Shown: piece by piece, positions 39,735-48,712 of the stretch
Numbering within the stretch: the first letter of the stretch is position 1
How the letters are laid out: every line of letters begins with the position of its first letter
DNA from: Candidatus Omnitrophota bacterium
Lineage (GTDB): Bacteria; Omnitrophota; Gorgyraeia; Gygaellales; Profunditerraquicolaceae
NCBI GenBank assembly: GCA_026387355.1
Contig: JAPLLW010000006.1
Span: forward strand, 23,362 to 87,361
Reading direction: 5' to 3'
Length of the DNA stretch: 64,000 nt
Notes under the pieces: model-generated
What the model saw: the letters and a program-made list of their open reading frames with translations, nothing else
Database searches by the model: none
What the model was told of the DNA's origin: nothing
Made by a program: the position numbers and the translations under genes

Positions 39735-41099
39735 ATGATGAAACTTATATACCTAGCATCAAATTCTAAAACAAGAAAGAAACTGCTTGAGCAGCTTGGG
39801 GTGCGTTTTAAAGTTATCCCAAGCGAGGCTAAAGAAATACAAAATGCTAAGGGTATTTCTTACTCTAAGCTCGTAAAGATAAACGCTTTACTTAAGGCAA
39901 GGGATGTTGCCGTAAAGGTAAATAGCGGGGTGATTATAGGTGCTGACACGATTATGGTTCAGAATAAGAAAATATTCGGAAAGCCAAAGAACTTAGATGA
40001 CGCAAAAAAAATGCTTAAGAAGATATCTCAAGCTCCTCAGCGGGTTTATACGGGAGTAGCGGTTATTGATAAAGATTCAGGGAGAGAATTAGTCGATTAT
40101 GAAGTGACGACTATTTGCATGGATAAATTAAGCAAGAAAGAAATAGATGAATATTTCAAGAGGGTATCACCGTTAGATAAGGCAGGCAGTTTTGATGTGC
40201 AGGGTAAGGGCGCGATATTTATCCGTAGGATTGATGGTTGTTTTTATAATGTCGTAGGCCTGCCTTTAAGAAAGTTATACCGGATGTTTAATGCACTGCA
40301 TATAAAGCTATTTTTGTTTTTCCTAGCTACTACCTGCTATCTACTACCTACTATTTTATTGAGTGGCTGTTCTACTGAATACAATATTGTTACCGGAGAG
40401 CAGGAGGCTTATTTCTATAGTACTGATAAAGAAGTGCAGATGGGCCAGTCTATCGCGAAAGAAATAGCCAAGGAATACAAGTTTGTGGAAGATCCACTTG
40501 TTCAAAAGCGAGTAGAAGACATTGGTAAGAAAATTGCCGCAGTCAGTGATAGGAAAGAGATAGATTATCACTTCTTTGTTTTAGACGAAGATGAAATAAA
40601 CGCTGTTTCTTTGCCGGGAGGGTTTGTCTATGTATTTAAAGGCCTGGTTGATAAAGTTTCAAACGACGATGAGCTAGCGGGTGTATTGGCGCATGAAGTC
40701 GGACATATCGTCGCCAGACATAGTATAAAAAGGCTTCAAGGTGAGCAGGCTTATTCTATATTAAGATTGCTTGTGGCTGTTGCGCCAAATACAGGTGAAG
40801 TTGGCGCTGCCGCAGATGCAGCCTATACCGAATTATTATTGGGTTATTCCCGGGAAGATGAGTTGCTCGCGGATCGACTTGGAGCTCGTTACGCTAAACT
40901 AGCCGGCTATGACCCGAATGGGATGATCACTTTTCTGTTAAAGCTTCAAGAGGCCAATAAAAGACGGCCGCTTGAGCCAAAGTCATACTTTAAGACCCAC
41001 CCTTATGTGCCGGATAGAATCAGGGAAGTTAAAAGCGAGTTGGGGAGAGAATCAAGTTTCAGTGATTTTATTAATATTGAGCAAAATGCGCATAAGTAA
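39735..41099 (+). CDS. maf: In-frame fusion: an N-terminal Maf nucleotide pyrophosphatase domain (about 185 aa), an internal lipoprotein-type signal/TM, and a C-terminal M48 metallopeptidase (LoiP/YggG-like)
   Basis: The Maf core runs through ...NVVGLPLRKL, followed without a stop by MFNALHIKLFLFFLATTCYLLPTILLSGCS (n-region, h-region, lipobox LSGC) and then an M48 domain with HEVGHIVARH (the HExxH zinc-binding motif). Confidence 0.7.
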   Translation: MMKLIYLASNSKTRKKLLEQLGVRFKVIPSEAKEIQNAKGISYSKLVKINALLKARDVAVKVNSGVIIGADTIMVQNKKIFGKPKNLDDAKKMLKKISQAPQRVYTGVAVIDKDSGRELVDYEVTTICMDKLSKKEIDEYFKRVSPLDKAGSFDVQGKGAIFIRRIDGCFYNVVGLPLRKLYRMFNALHIKLFLFFLATTCYLLPTILLSGCSTEYNIVTGEQEAYFYSTDKEVQMGQSIAKEIAKEYKFVEDPLVQKRVEDIGKKIAAVSDRKEIDYHFFVLDEDEINAVSLPGGFVYVFKGLVDKVSNDDELAGVLAHEVGHIVARHSIKRLQGEQAYSILRLLVAVAPNTGEVGAAADAAYTELLLGYSREDELLADRLGARYAKLAGYDPNGMITFLLKLQEANKRRPLEPKSYFKTHPYVPDRIREVKSELGRESSFSDFINIEQNAHK

Positions 41100-42162
41100 G
41101 TTATATATTGCGGCAATGGTCTTGTTTCTGGCAGCGTTTGTTAACCCTTGCGTTAAACTTGGGGCTGAGGAGGAATCTAATATGAATAACCCTTTTGGGG
41201 TGCTGGAATTTCTACATTGGAATCATTCCTGGAATAGTTATAAATATGCATGCGTAGGAGATTGGGATAAAGCCGTTAAATTAATGAAAGAAGCAGGTGT
41301 TGGCTGGGTAAGGATGGATTTTCTGTGGCAGGATATCGAGCCTTCAGAGGGAGAGTTTGATTTTGATAAATACGATCAGATTGTAGAGCTGCTTAATGAA
41401 AACAATATTCAAATACTTGGGTTGCTTAATTATAGCGCAAGCTGGGCTTCTGCTAGTAAAGATTGGAATTGCCCGCCGCAGAATAACGAAGTTTTTGTTA
41501 AATATGCCGTGAAAGTAATCAAGCGTTATAAGGGGAAGGTTAATTACTGGGAGGTTTGGAACGAGCCGGATTCAGCTGTTTACTGGTCTAACCAGGATGG
41601 CCTGAAGAGTTATTGTAGTTTGCTTAAAGATGTTTATATCGCGGCTAAAAAAGTTAACCCGGATTGTAAGATTCTAAATGGTGGATTGGCTCATGGCTTA
41701 AGTAGTATAAACAGGCTTTACGATAACGGCGCTAAGAATTATTTCGATATTCTTAACCTGCATTTTTTTGAAACGCCTTTACATGAAGGAGGTATTAAGG
41801 CAGTAGTCTCATATCCTAAGTTGGCATATAAGATTATGGTTAAGCATGGGGACAAGGATAAAAAGATCTGGTTTACCGAAATAGGCTGCCCGGGGGTAAA
41901 AAAAGGAAGTAAGGTTAATGAATGGTGGTTAGGCAAAAATCCTACCGAAAAACAGCAGGCGCTTTGGGTAAAAAAAGTTTATACTGAGTTATTGAAGAAT
42001 AAAAGCGTAGAAAAGATATATTGGGCTTTTTTCCGGGATTGCTCAGGCCATTGGGATACAGGGGTAGATTATTTCGGCCTGGTGCGTTGGAATTTTTCTA
42101 AGAAACCTTCCTTTAAAGCCTACAAAGAGTGTTATGAAAAGTGGAGGAGATCTGTTGAATAG
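41086..42162 (+). CDS. Secreted glycoside hydrolase, clan GH-A TIM-barrel (GH5/GH39-like)
   Basis: Start moved to the ATG at 41086, overlapping the previous stop. Signal peptide; conserved NEP acid/base motif (WEVWNEPD) and a candidate nucleophile TEIG. Confidence 0.6.
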   Translation: MRISKLYIAAMVLFLAAFVNPCVKLGAEEESNMNNPFGVLEFLHWNHSWNSYKYACVGDWDKAVKLMKEAGVGWVRMDFLWQDIEPSEGEFDFDKYDQIVELLNENNIQILGLLNYSASWASASKDWNCPPQNNEVFVKYAVKVIKRYKGKVNYWEVWNEPDSAVYWSNQDGLKSYCSLLKDVYIAAKKVNPDCKILNGGLAHGLSSINRLYDNGAKNYFDILNLHFFETPLHEGGIKAVVSYPKLAYKIMVKHGDKDKKIWFTEIGCPGVKKGSKVNEWWLGKNPTEKQQALWVKKVYTELLKNKSVEKIYWAFFRDCSGHWDTGVDYFGLVRWNFSKKPSFKAYKECYEKWRRSVE

Positions 42163-42168
42163 TGTAAT

Positions 42169-42252
42169 TGGTGCGGAAGGAGAGAGTTGAACTCTCAAGG
42201 GTTTCCCCACACGCTTCTGAGACGTGCGCGTATGCCATTCCGCCACTTCCGC
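42169..42252 (-). tRNA. tRNA-Leu (anticodon CAG), 84 nt with encoded CCA and a long variable arm
   Basis: The reverse complement GCGGAAGTGGCGGAATGGCATACGCGCACGTCTCAGAAGCGTGTGGGGAAACCCTTGAGAGTTCAACTCTCTCCTTCCGCACCA folds as a cloverleaf: 7-bp acceptor stem, anticodon loop CTCAGAA, T-arm GAGAG/CTCTC. Confidence 0.85.
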
Positions 42253-42364
42253 GTTTAGCTTTTGTAGTATATCCTACCTCTCTCTATATGTCAAATATAA
42301 AAGAATTGCCGAGGCTTAATTTTGCTGTTATAATATAAGTTCTTAACGTTAAAATGGAGTAACT

Positions 42365-43321
42365 ATGTTTTTAGAACATTTCAGGGTTACAGGAGTTGCT
42401 GTTGCCCAGATTTTTATTCTGGCCTCGCTTGGTTTTTTCTTAGTCAAGCGTAAGTTTCTATCCCCAGAGGGTTTAGATGGATTAAGCAAGCTGGTAATGG
42501 ACGTTACTTTGCCTCTACTTATTTTTTGCCAATTAATGCAGGATTTTTCTTTTAAATCATATTCAAACTGGTGGATTTTCCCATTAATAAGTATTGGTGT
42601 AACAGCTTTAGGGCTATTAGTTGGTTTTTTATTCTCTGTTTTTGTGAAAGGAGAGCAAAAAAAACTACAGTTTTTAAGCCTAGTGGGGTTTCAGAATTCC
42701 GGGTACCTGCCGCTTGCTTTGGTAGCGGCTTTACTATCCGGTGAAGAATTAAGTGCTATGTTTATTTATATATTTTTGTTTCTTACGGGGTTTAATTTAA
42801 TTATGTTCTCCGTCGGTGTATTCTTGCTTGATTTTCATGACAAGAAGAAATTTGACTGGCGTTCGCTTTTTAGTATGCCCGTGGTAGCAACTTTATTAAG
42901 TCTGATCATTGTATTTTTAGGTATGAATAAATTTATCCCGCAGGATTTCCTTAAGCCGCTACGCATGTTAGGGGAATCTACGCTTCCGCTTGCCCTGTTG
43001 GTAGTTGGGGCTAATTTAGCGGAAATTTGCTTTAAGTGCATTGATAAAAAGATAATGTCGCTATTGATTTTGGCTAAAATGATTATTCTTCCGGCTATCG
43101 GCTTAGGATTGATTCTTGTCTTTGCAGTCCCAAAATTAATCGGACTTCTCATACTTATTCAATTAGCTATGCCTTCAGCAGTAACATTATCGGTAATCTT
43201 ACGCAATTACAAAAGAGAGGATCTTTTAGTTAGTCAGGGGATCTTTTTGACGCATCTGTTTAGCGTGCTTATTCTTCCGGCATTTTTGATTTTATATTTT
43301 AGCCGGATTGTGCTAAAATGA
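42365..43321 (+). CDS. AEC-family (auxin efflux carrier/malate permease-like) membrane transporter
   Basis: Ten-TM, two-repeat topology; 318 aa. Confidence 0.7.
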   Translation: MFLEHFRVTGVAVAQIFILASLGFFLVKRKFLSPEGLDGLSKLVMDVTLPLLIFCQLMQDFSFKSYSNWWIFPLISIGVTALGLLVGFLFSVFVKGEQKKLQFLSLVGFQNSGYLPLALVAALLSGEELSAMFIYIFLFLTGFNLIMFSVGVFLLDFHDKKKFDWRSLFSMPVVATLLSLIIVFLGMNKFIPQDFLKPLRMLGESTLPLALLVVGANLAEICFKCIDKKIMSLLILAKMIILPAIGLGLILVFAVPKLIGLLILIQLAMPSAVTLSVILRNYKREDLLVSQGIFLTHLFSVLILPAFLILYFSRIVLK

Positions 43322-43770
43322 GTAAAGTTATTGCTACCAATCATAAGGGCTACAGAGATTATGCAGTTATTGAAAGCCTTGAGTGCGGGATAGAGCTTAG
43401 GGGGTCTGAGGTTAAGTCTATTCGCGCAGGCCATGTTAACTTAAGTGATAGTTTTGCCAGGCCCGAAGGCAGCGCTTTAGTTTTATATAACACGCATATA
43501 AATCCTTATACTGAAGCTAGTTATCTTAATGTTGAGTCGACGCGTCCTAGAAAGCTGCTTCTACATAAAGGTCAGATAGAGAAAATAAGCGGGAGTCTGC
43601 AGCAAAAAGGACTGACGCTTATCCCACTTAAAGTCTATTTTAACGATCGGGGATTAGTGAAGATTGAACTCGCTCTTTGTAAGGGTAAGAGGCAATATGA
43701 CAAGAGAGAGGATATAAAGAAGCGAGAATCTGATTTAGTAATGCGCAGGATGTTGAAAAACAGGAGATAG
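43318..43770 (+). CDS. smpB: SsrA-binding protein
   Basis: Conserved SmpB motifs (GIELRGSEVKS, the C-terminal basic tail); immediately upstream of the tmRNA. Confidence 0.9.
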   Translation: MSKVIATNHKGYRDYAVIESLECGIELRGSEVKSIRAGHVNLSDSFARPEGSALVLYNTHINPYTEASYLNVESTRPRKLLLHKGQIEKISGSLQQKGLTLIPLKVYFNDRGLVKIELALCKGKRQYDKREDIKKRESDLVMRRMLKNRR

Positions 43771-43775
43771 CAATA

Positions 43776-44199
43776 GGGGGTGAATTGGTCTCGACTTAGG
43801 GGGTCGGGTAAGAGCAGCATGTCGCGGACGCATGGTTAGCCGCGTTAATAACCCGTGCACAATACAAACGCAAACAACCGTTTGTTCAATGTCAATTCGG
43901 CAATGCCGGTGACGCCAGCAATGGCGAAACCAATGGCAATGCCGTTTGGCATGATGCCAGCCTTCGGTAACTAATTTACCGAAGCCATCCTTCGTCTAGC
44001 CTACGAGACGAAAGGGTGCACTAGTAGGATAGTCCTTGCAAGTTAGCCTTTGAGGCCGGGGCAAAAATTTAAAAGGCTGCGTCTTAAACAATCATGTTTA
44101 CCGGAGTGTTTAAGATTAAGTTTAAAAGGTAGACTAAACATGTAGCGGCTTTTATTCGGTTACTTAAGGACGCCGGTTCGATTCCGGCCACCTCCACCA
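43776..44199 (+). ncRNA. ssrA: Transfer-messenger RNA (tmRNA, ssrA)
   Basis: 5' GGGGGUGAAUUGGUCUCGAC and 3' GGACGCCGGUUCGAUUCCGGCCACCUCCACCA form a tRNA-Ala-like acceptor/T-arm with the G3:U70 wobble; an internal hairpin CUUCGGUAA-CUAAU-UUACCGAAG presents a UAA stop in its loop (about 43969-43973), as in canonical tmRNA helix 5. Confidence 0.85.
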
Positions 44200-44208
44200 A
44201 AAATAAAA

Positions 44209-45027
44209 ATGCAAAGAATTAAACAGATTATCTTAATAATATTCTTAATTTCTCTAAATGGTTGCGTTATCGTTCCCATAAAGGAGCAGAAGATATCAAC
44301 TGTAAGAAAATGCTCTTTCCCTATTTCAACTAAAATAAAGAAGGTAGTTATCGACGCAGGTCACGGAGGTAATGACCCGGGGGCAATAGGTAGGACAGGA
44401 TTAAGAGAGAAGGATGTAAATTTAGATATCGCTAAGAGGTTGGCTGCGTTACTTAAGTCAGAAGGTGTTGAGGTAGTTTTAACCCGCAGTTCGGATAGGT
44501 ACATCCCTCTTGATACCAGGGTGCAGATAACCAATAACTCCAAAGCGGATCTTTTTATAAGCGTTCACTCTAATGCTAATCGTTCAAGAAGTATGAATGG
44601 TTTTGAGATTTATTATGTGGCTACTAGCGTTAGCGATTCTACGCGGGCAATGATTGCTGCTAGAAGTTCAAGTTTAAATCTGGAGAACGCTGATTTTGCC
44701 AGCCATTCACTTGCTCTGAAAGCCATGCTTTGGGATATGATTTATACCTATGATCGCGCAGAATCAATATATCTTGGCCGTAGCATTTGTAGGTCTATCG
44801 GAGACAATCTTGATGTCAGGGTTATAGGGGTTAAAAACGCGCGTTATGTAGTTTTGCGCGGAGCAAGGATGCCTGCGATATTAATTGAAGTAGGTTTTTT
44901 ATCTAACTCTCAAGAAGAGCGTATGCTTAGGAATGCAGCTTATCGCGCAAAGATAGCTCAGGGTATACTGTACGGGATTAGTAATTATGCTCAAGGATTA
45001 GCTCTAGCGGAGGTTACTAAAAGATGA
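44209..45027 (+). CDS. amiC: N-acetylmuramoyl-L-alanine amidase (Amidase_3 family, lipoprotein)
   Basis: Signal/lipobox LNGC; zinc-ligand motifs (VVIDAGHGG, the SVHSNA region). Confidence 0.8.
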   Translation: MQRIKQIILIIFLISLNGCVIVPIKEQKISTVRKCSFPISTKIKKVVIDAGHGGNDPGAIGRTGLREKDVNLDIAKRLAALLKSEGVEVVLTRSSDRYIPLDTRVQITNNSKADLFISVHSNANRSRSMNGFEIYYVATSVSDSTRAMIAARSSSLNLENADFASHSLALKAMLWDMIYTYDRAESIYLGRSICRSIGDNLDVRVIGVKNARYVVLRGARMPAILIEVGFLSNSQEERMLRNAAYRAKIAQGILYGISNYAQGLALAEVTKR

Positions 45028-45815
45028 GACCGATAGGAGTATTTGATTCCGGGGTAGGAGGGTTAACTGTAGTTAAGGAACTAATCCGTCAACTTCCCAA
45101 TGAGGATATAGTTTACTTTGGGGATACGGCACGCGTTCCCTATGGAATCAAGTCAAAGGAAACAGTAATCCGTTTTTCCATTGAGAACATACTTTTTTTA
45201 CTTAAGCATGATGTAAAATTTATCTGCATTGCCTGTAACACAGTCTCAAGCTATGCCTTGCCTGAGATTAAGAATCATTTCAAGGTTCCAATAGTCGGAG
45301 TAATTAGCCCCGGCGCAAGAGAGGCTGTTTATGCCACTCAAAATAAGCGCATAGGGGTTATTGGTACTAAGGGGACAATTAAAAGTCGTGCTTATGAGCT
45401 TGAGATTAAGCAGCTTGATCCTAAGGTTAAGGTAACTGCAGTTGCCTGTCCCTTGTTTGTTCCTTTTGTTGAAGAGGGTTGGCTTAGCGGAGAGGTTGTT
45501 TCAACCGTTGCGAAAGAATATTTACAACCTCTTAAAGATGCAAAGGTAGATACAGTTATTTTAGGCTGCACGCATTATCCTCTACTTAAGCCGGTAATTA
45601 AGAGAGTAATGGGTAAAGATGTAAAGCTTATAGATTCGGCAAAACAAGTAGCCATTGAAGTAAATAAAATCTTAGCTAGTGAAAACCTTTTGAATAAAAA
45701 GGGCAGGGGGAGGACTGATTTCTTTGTCAGCGATAATCCTGAATGGTTTAGCAATTTAGCCGGAAGGTTTCTCGGAAGACCTACAAAAAATGTAAAGAAG
45801 GTGAATAATGTTTAA
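45024..45815 (+). CDS. murI: Glutamate racemase
   Basis: FDSGVGGLTV and CNTVS (catalytic Cys) and GCTHYP (second catalytic Cys). Confidence 0.9.
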   Translation: MRPIGVFDSGVGGLTVVKELIRQLPNEDIVYFGDTARVPYGIKSKETVIRFSIENILFLLKHDVKFICIACNTVSSYALPEIKNHFKVPIVGVISPGAREAVYATQNKRIGVIGTKGTIKSRAYELEIKQLDPKVKVTAVACPLFVPFVEEGWLSGEVVSTVAKEYLQPLKDAKVDTVILGCTHYPLLKPVIKRVMGKDVKLIDSAKQVAIEVNKILASENLLNKKGRGRTDFFVSDNPEWFSNLAGRFLGRPTKNVKKVNNV

Positions 45816-46167
45816 GATTAAGGTTGAGGCGACTTTTAGCGCAGCGCATAATTTAAGAGGCTATAAAGGTAAGTGCGAAGATCTACACGGGCACAATTGG
45901 AAGGTAGAGGTAGTTGTGGCAAATAATAAATTGGATAAGATCGGGATGGTTATGGATTTTAAGCTTTTAAAAAGAAAGTTATCCAGGTTATTAGAAAGAT
46001 TGGATCATAAGTATTTGAACAACGTTGTTTATTTTAAGAAAGTCAATCCTACCTCAGAGAATATGGCCAAATATATTTATGACAGTCTTAAACCGGAGAT
46101 TGCGGCTATCTATTCTGTAACTGTTTGGGAGTCGGACAACTCTTGCGCTACTTATTATGCCGAATAA
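45808..46167 (+). CDS. queD: 6-carboxy-5,6,7,8-tetrahydropterin synthase
   Basis: CEDLHGHNW zinc-binding motif; 119 aa. Confidence 0.85.
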   Translation: MFKIKVEATFSAAHNLRGYKGKCEDLHGHNWKVEVVVANNKLDKIGMVMDFKLLKRKLSRLLERLDHKYLNNVVYFKKVNPTSENMAKYIYDSLKPEIAAIYSVTVWESDNSCATYYAE

Positions 46168-46834
46168 AAGATTGAAAGCATCGGGTAAGAAAGCAGTTAT
46201 TCTTTTGTCCGGGGGGCTTGATTCCGCAGTAGCTCTATATTTTGCAAAGAAACAAGGGTTTAAATGTCACTGTTTAGTTTTTGATTATCATCAGCGGCAT
46301 CGGCGTGAGATTAAAAGCGCAAGGGCAGTTGCTGAATCCGCAGGCTCTCCAATCGAAATATTGAAGATACACCTGCCGGCTAAAGGCTCAAGCCTATTAG
46401 ATGCTAACTTACGACTTACAACTTACGACTTACGACTAAAGGGTATTCCGGCTACCTATGTTCCAGGCAGGAATATTATATTCTTAAGTTTTGCATTATC
46501 GTTCGCTGAGACAGAAAAGGCTTCTGCTATATTTATCGGAGCGCACGCACAGGATTATTCCGGATATCCTGATTGTAGGCCTGATTTTTATCGTGATTTT
46601 AGGCGCGTTGCTAAATCCGGGACTAAGGTAGGCGTAGAAGGTAGGCCTATAGAGATATGTACGCCGTTGATTCATAAGACAAAGGCGCAGATTATTAAAA
46701 TGGGCAAGAGGTTGGGGGTTCCTTTTGCATTAACCTGGTCATGTTATAGGGGCGCAAGAGTTCCTTGCGGCAAGTGCGATAGTTGCTATTACCGTATAAA
46801 AGGTTTTAAGGAAGCGGGAATAAAAGATATATGA
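46157..46834 (+). CDS. queC: 7-cyano-7-deazaguanine synthase
   Basis: PP-loop SGGLDS and a C-terminal zinc cysteine cluster (CYRG...CGKCDSC). Confidence 0.9.
   Translation: MPNKRLKASGKKAVILLSGGLDSAVALYFAKKQGFKCHCLVFDYHQRHRREIKSARAVAESAGSPIEILKIHLPAKGSSLLDANLRLTTYDLRLKGIPATYVPGRNIIFLSFALSFAETEKASAIFIGAHAQDYSGYPDCRPDFYRDFRRVAKSGTKVGVEGRPIEICTPLIHKTKAQIIKMGKRLGVPFALTWSCYRGARVPCGKCDSCYYRIKGFKEAGIKDI
46407..46437 (+). repeat. 31-nt tandem-repeat-containing sequence ACTTACGACTTACAACTTACGACTTACGACT inside queC (encodes ...NLRLTTYDLRL...)
   Basis: Matches 30 of 31 nt to 48514-48544; internally a 14-nt unit (ACTTACGACTTACA) repeated about 2.2 times. Confidence 0.8.
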
Positions 46835-47502
46835 GAGGAATGATTTCAGAAGTTTTTGATAGCATTCAGGGTGAAGGCCTGTACATGGGCGAGAAGCAGA
46901 TCTTTGTGCGTTTTTATGGCTGTAACCTGAAGTGCAAGTTTTGCGATACTAAATTAAATAGCTTTATGGAATATGAGCCGGATGAATTGTTTAATGAGAT
47001 TATGATGTATCGCGATAAGTACCATTCCATCTCTTTTACCGGAGGCGAGCCGTTGTTGCAGAGTCATTTCTTGAAAGAGATTTTAGAATTAACCCACAAG
47101 AATGATCATATAAATTATCTGGAGACTAATGGAACTCTGTATCATGAATTAAAGAACGTTATAGATTATATACATATCGTAGCCATGGATATTAAGTTGC
47201 CAAGTTCAACGGGACTGGATAATTTTTGGGAGTCGCATCGGCATTTTATGGAGATTGCTAGCCGCCGGGAAGTTTTTATAAAAACCATAATCTCGCGTTC
47301 TACGCAAGCAGATGAATTAAGAACGGCTTTAAGATTAATCCGCGAGGTAGCCAAAGGTGCAATTTTAGTTTTACAGCCGGATAGCTCAGAAGATAAGGTT
47401 TATCTACACGATAAACTGGAGACCTTTAGGGAATTAGCCAGAAAAGAGAGAGTGACTGCTTGCGTGGTTGAGCAGATGCATAAAGTGATAGGAGTAAAAT
47501 GA
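46831..47502 (+). CDS. queE: 7-carboxy-7-deazaguanine synthase (radical SAM)
   Basis: CNLKCKFCDT radical-SAM cysteine motif; N-terminal SIQGEG. Confidence 0.85.
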   Translation: MRGMISEVFDSIQGEGLYMGEKQIFVRFYGCNLKCKFCDTKLNSFMEYEPDELFNEIMMYRDKYHSISFTGGEPLLQSHFLKEILELTHKNDHINYLETNGTLYHELKNVIDYIHIVAMDIKLPSSTGLDNFWESHRHFMEIASRREVFIKTIISRSTQADELRTALRLIREVAKGAILVLQPDSSEDKVYLHDKLETFRELARKERVTACVVEQMHKVIGVK

Positions 47503-47894
47503 AGAATAAGGATAGTTATGAAGGATTGCAGGGGGATATTAGAAAGCTAAAAACTCCGAAGATTGAAGTTTGGAAGAATCAATATCCGGATAAGATTTAT
47601 ACTATTAATATAGACATTGCGGAGTTTACCTGTATCTGTCCAAAGACGGGCTTGCCGGATTTTGCTTTTATAAAGATTGAGTATTCTCCGGATCTTTATT
47701 GCGTTGAGCTCAAATCGCTTAAAATGTACACCATATTTTACCGCGATATCGGGATCTTCCATGAGCATTTAACGAATAAGATGCTTGATGATTTTGTAAA
47801 TGCGTGTAAGCCGCGTTGGGCCAAGATTATAGTCGAGTTTAACCCCAGGGGCGGGATAAAAACAATAGTAACAAGAGAGTATAAAAGGCAATGA
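47499..47894 (+). CDS. queF: NADPH-dependent 7-cyano-7-deazaguanine reductase (unimodular YkvM type)
   Basis: Catalytic Cys in EFTCICPKTGLPD and the QueF motif E(S/L)KSLK. Confidence 0.85.
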   Translation: MKNKDSYEGLQGDIRKLKTPKIEVWKNQYPDKIYTINIDIAEFTCICPKTGLPDFAFIKIEYSPDLYCVELKSLKMYTIFYRDIGIFHEHLTNKMLDDFVNACKPRWAKIIVEFNPRGGIKTIVTREYKRQ

Positions 47895-48712
47895 AAGTAA
47901 TCAAAGCAGAAAAGATTACAAAAGTTGTTTCGGATTTATGCGTAAAGGCTAATTGCGTATTAAGAAAAGATGTCTTGCGCAAGATTAGGGCAGCGTATCT
48001 TAGCGAGAAGAATAAAAAGGCAAAAGCAGCGCTTTTAGCAATTATAAATAACGCACAGATAGCACAGAAAGAAAAGTTAGCTATTTGTCAGGATACGGGT
48101 TTGCCGTTTGTCTTTATTGAAATGGGCCAGGGCGTAAAAATTATCGGTAATCTTAAGCAAGCAGTTATTAGGGGAATTGCGCAGGGATACAAAAAGGGCA
48201 ATTTTAGGGAGTCAATAGTTAGCCATCCTTTAAAAAGAGGAAAGTCTCATTATAGCGGCGCAGTTATAAATACTGATATTGTTACTGGCAATAGCCTGAA
48301 AATAACCGTGCTGCCAAAAGGTTTTGGTTGCGAGAATAAATCCCAAATTAAAATGTTTAATCCCACGGCTAGCAGTGGTGAGATAAAGAAATTTATTATT
48401 GAAGTAGTTAAGTCTGCGGGTGCAGATGCCTGTCCGCCTTATGTAGTGGGAGTAGGGATCGGGGGGACTGCCGATTATGCGTCCTTATTGGCTAAGAAGG
48501 CTTTAATAAATAAACTTACGACTTACAACTTACGACTTACAACTGATCTGTTAAAAGGAATTAATAATCTTAATATCGGGCCAATGGGTTTAGGCGGGAA
48601 GGCAACCTGTTTAGCGGTTAATATTGAGCATTATCCAACGCATATCGCAGGGCTCCCTGTTGCAGTTAATATAAGCTGCCATGCTTTACGCAGCGCAAGC
48701 GCAAAATTATGA
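47891..48712 (+). CDS. Fe-S hydro-lyase alpha subunit (class I fumarate hydratase / L(+)-tartrate dehydratase alpha)
   Basis: CQDTGLP, GIGGTADYASLLAKKAL and GPMGLGG motifs typical of the two-subunit class I fumarase. Confidence 0.8.
   Translation: MKVIKAEKITKVVSDLCVKANCVLRKDVLRKIRAAYLSEKNKKAKAALLAIINNAQIAQKEKLAICQDTGLPFVFIEMGQGVKIIGNLKQAVIRGIAQGYKKGNFRESIVSHPLKRGKSHYSGAVINTDIVTGNSLKITVLPKGFGCENKSQIKMFNPTASSGEIKKFIIEVVKSAGADACPPYVVGVGIGGTADYASLLAKKALINKLTTYNLRLTTDLLKGINNLNIGPMGLGGKATCLAVNIEHYPTHIAGLPVAVNISCHALRSASAKL
48514..48544 (+). repeat. Second copy of the 31-nt tandem-repeat sequence (ACTTACGACTTACAACTTACGACTTACAACT) inside the fumarate hydratase alpha gene (encodes ...KLTTYNLRLTT...)
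   Basis: Differs from 46407-46437 by 1 of 31 nt; read in a different codon phase. Confidence 0.8.

Noticed and set aside
42043-42246. 67-aa minus-strand ORF between the glycoside hydrolase and the AEC transporter
   Set aside because: The region is fully explained by the minus-strand tRNA-Leu (CAG) at 42169-42252, which has a clean cloverleaf.
46407-48544. The CTTACGACTTA tandem units as a CRISPR array
   Set aside because: There are only two loci, each with about 2 units of 14 nt and no spacers, both embedded in frame in conserved enzymes; there are no cas genes. This is not CRISPR.
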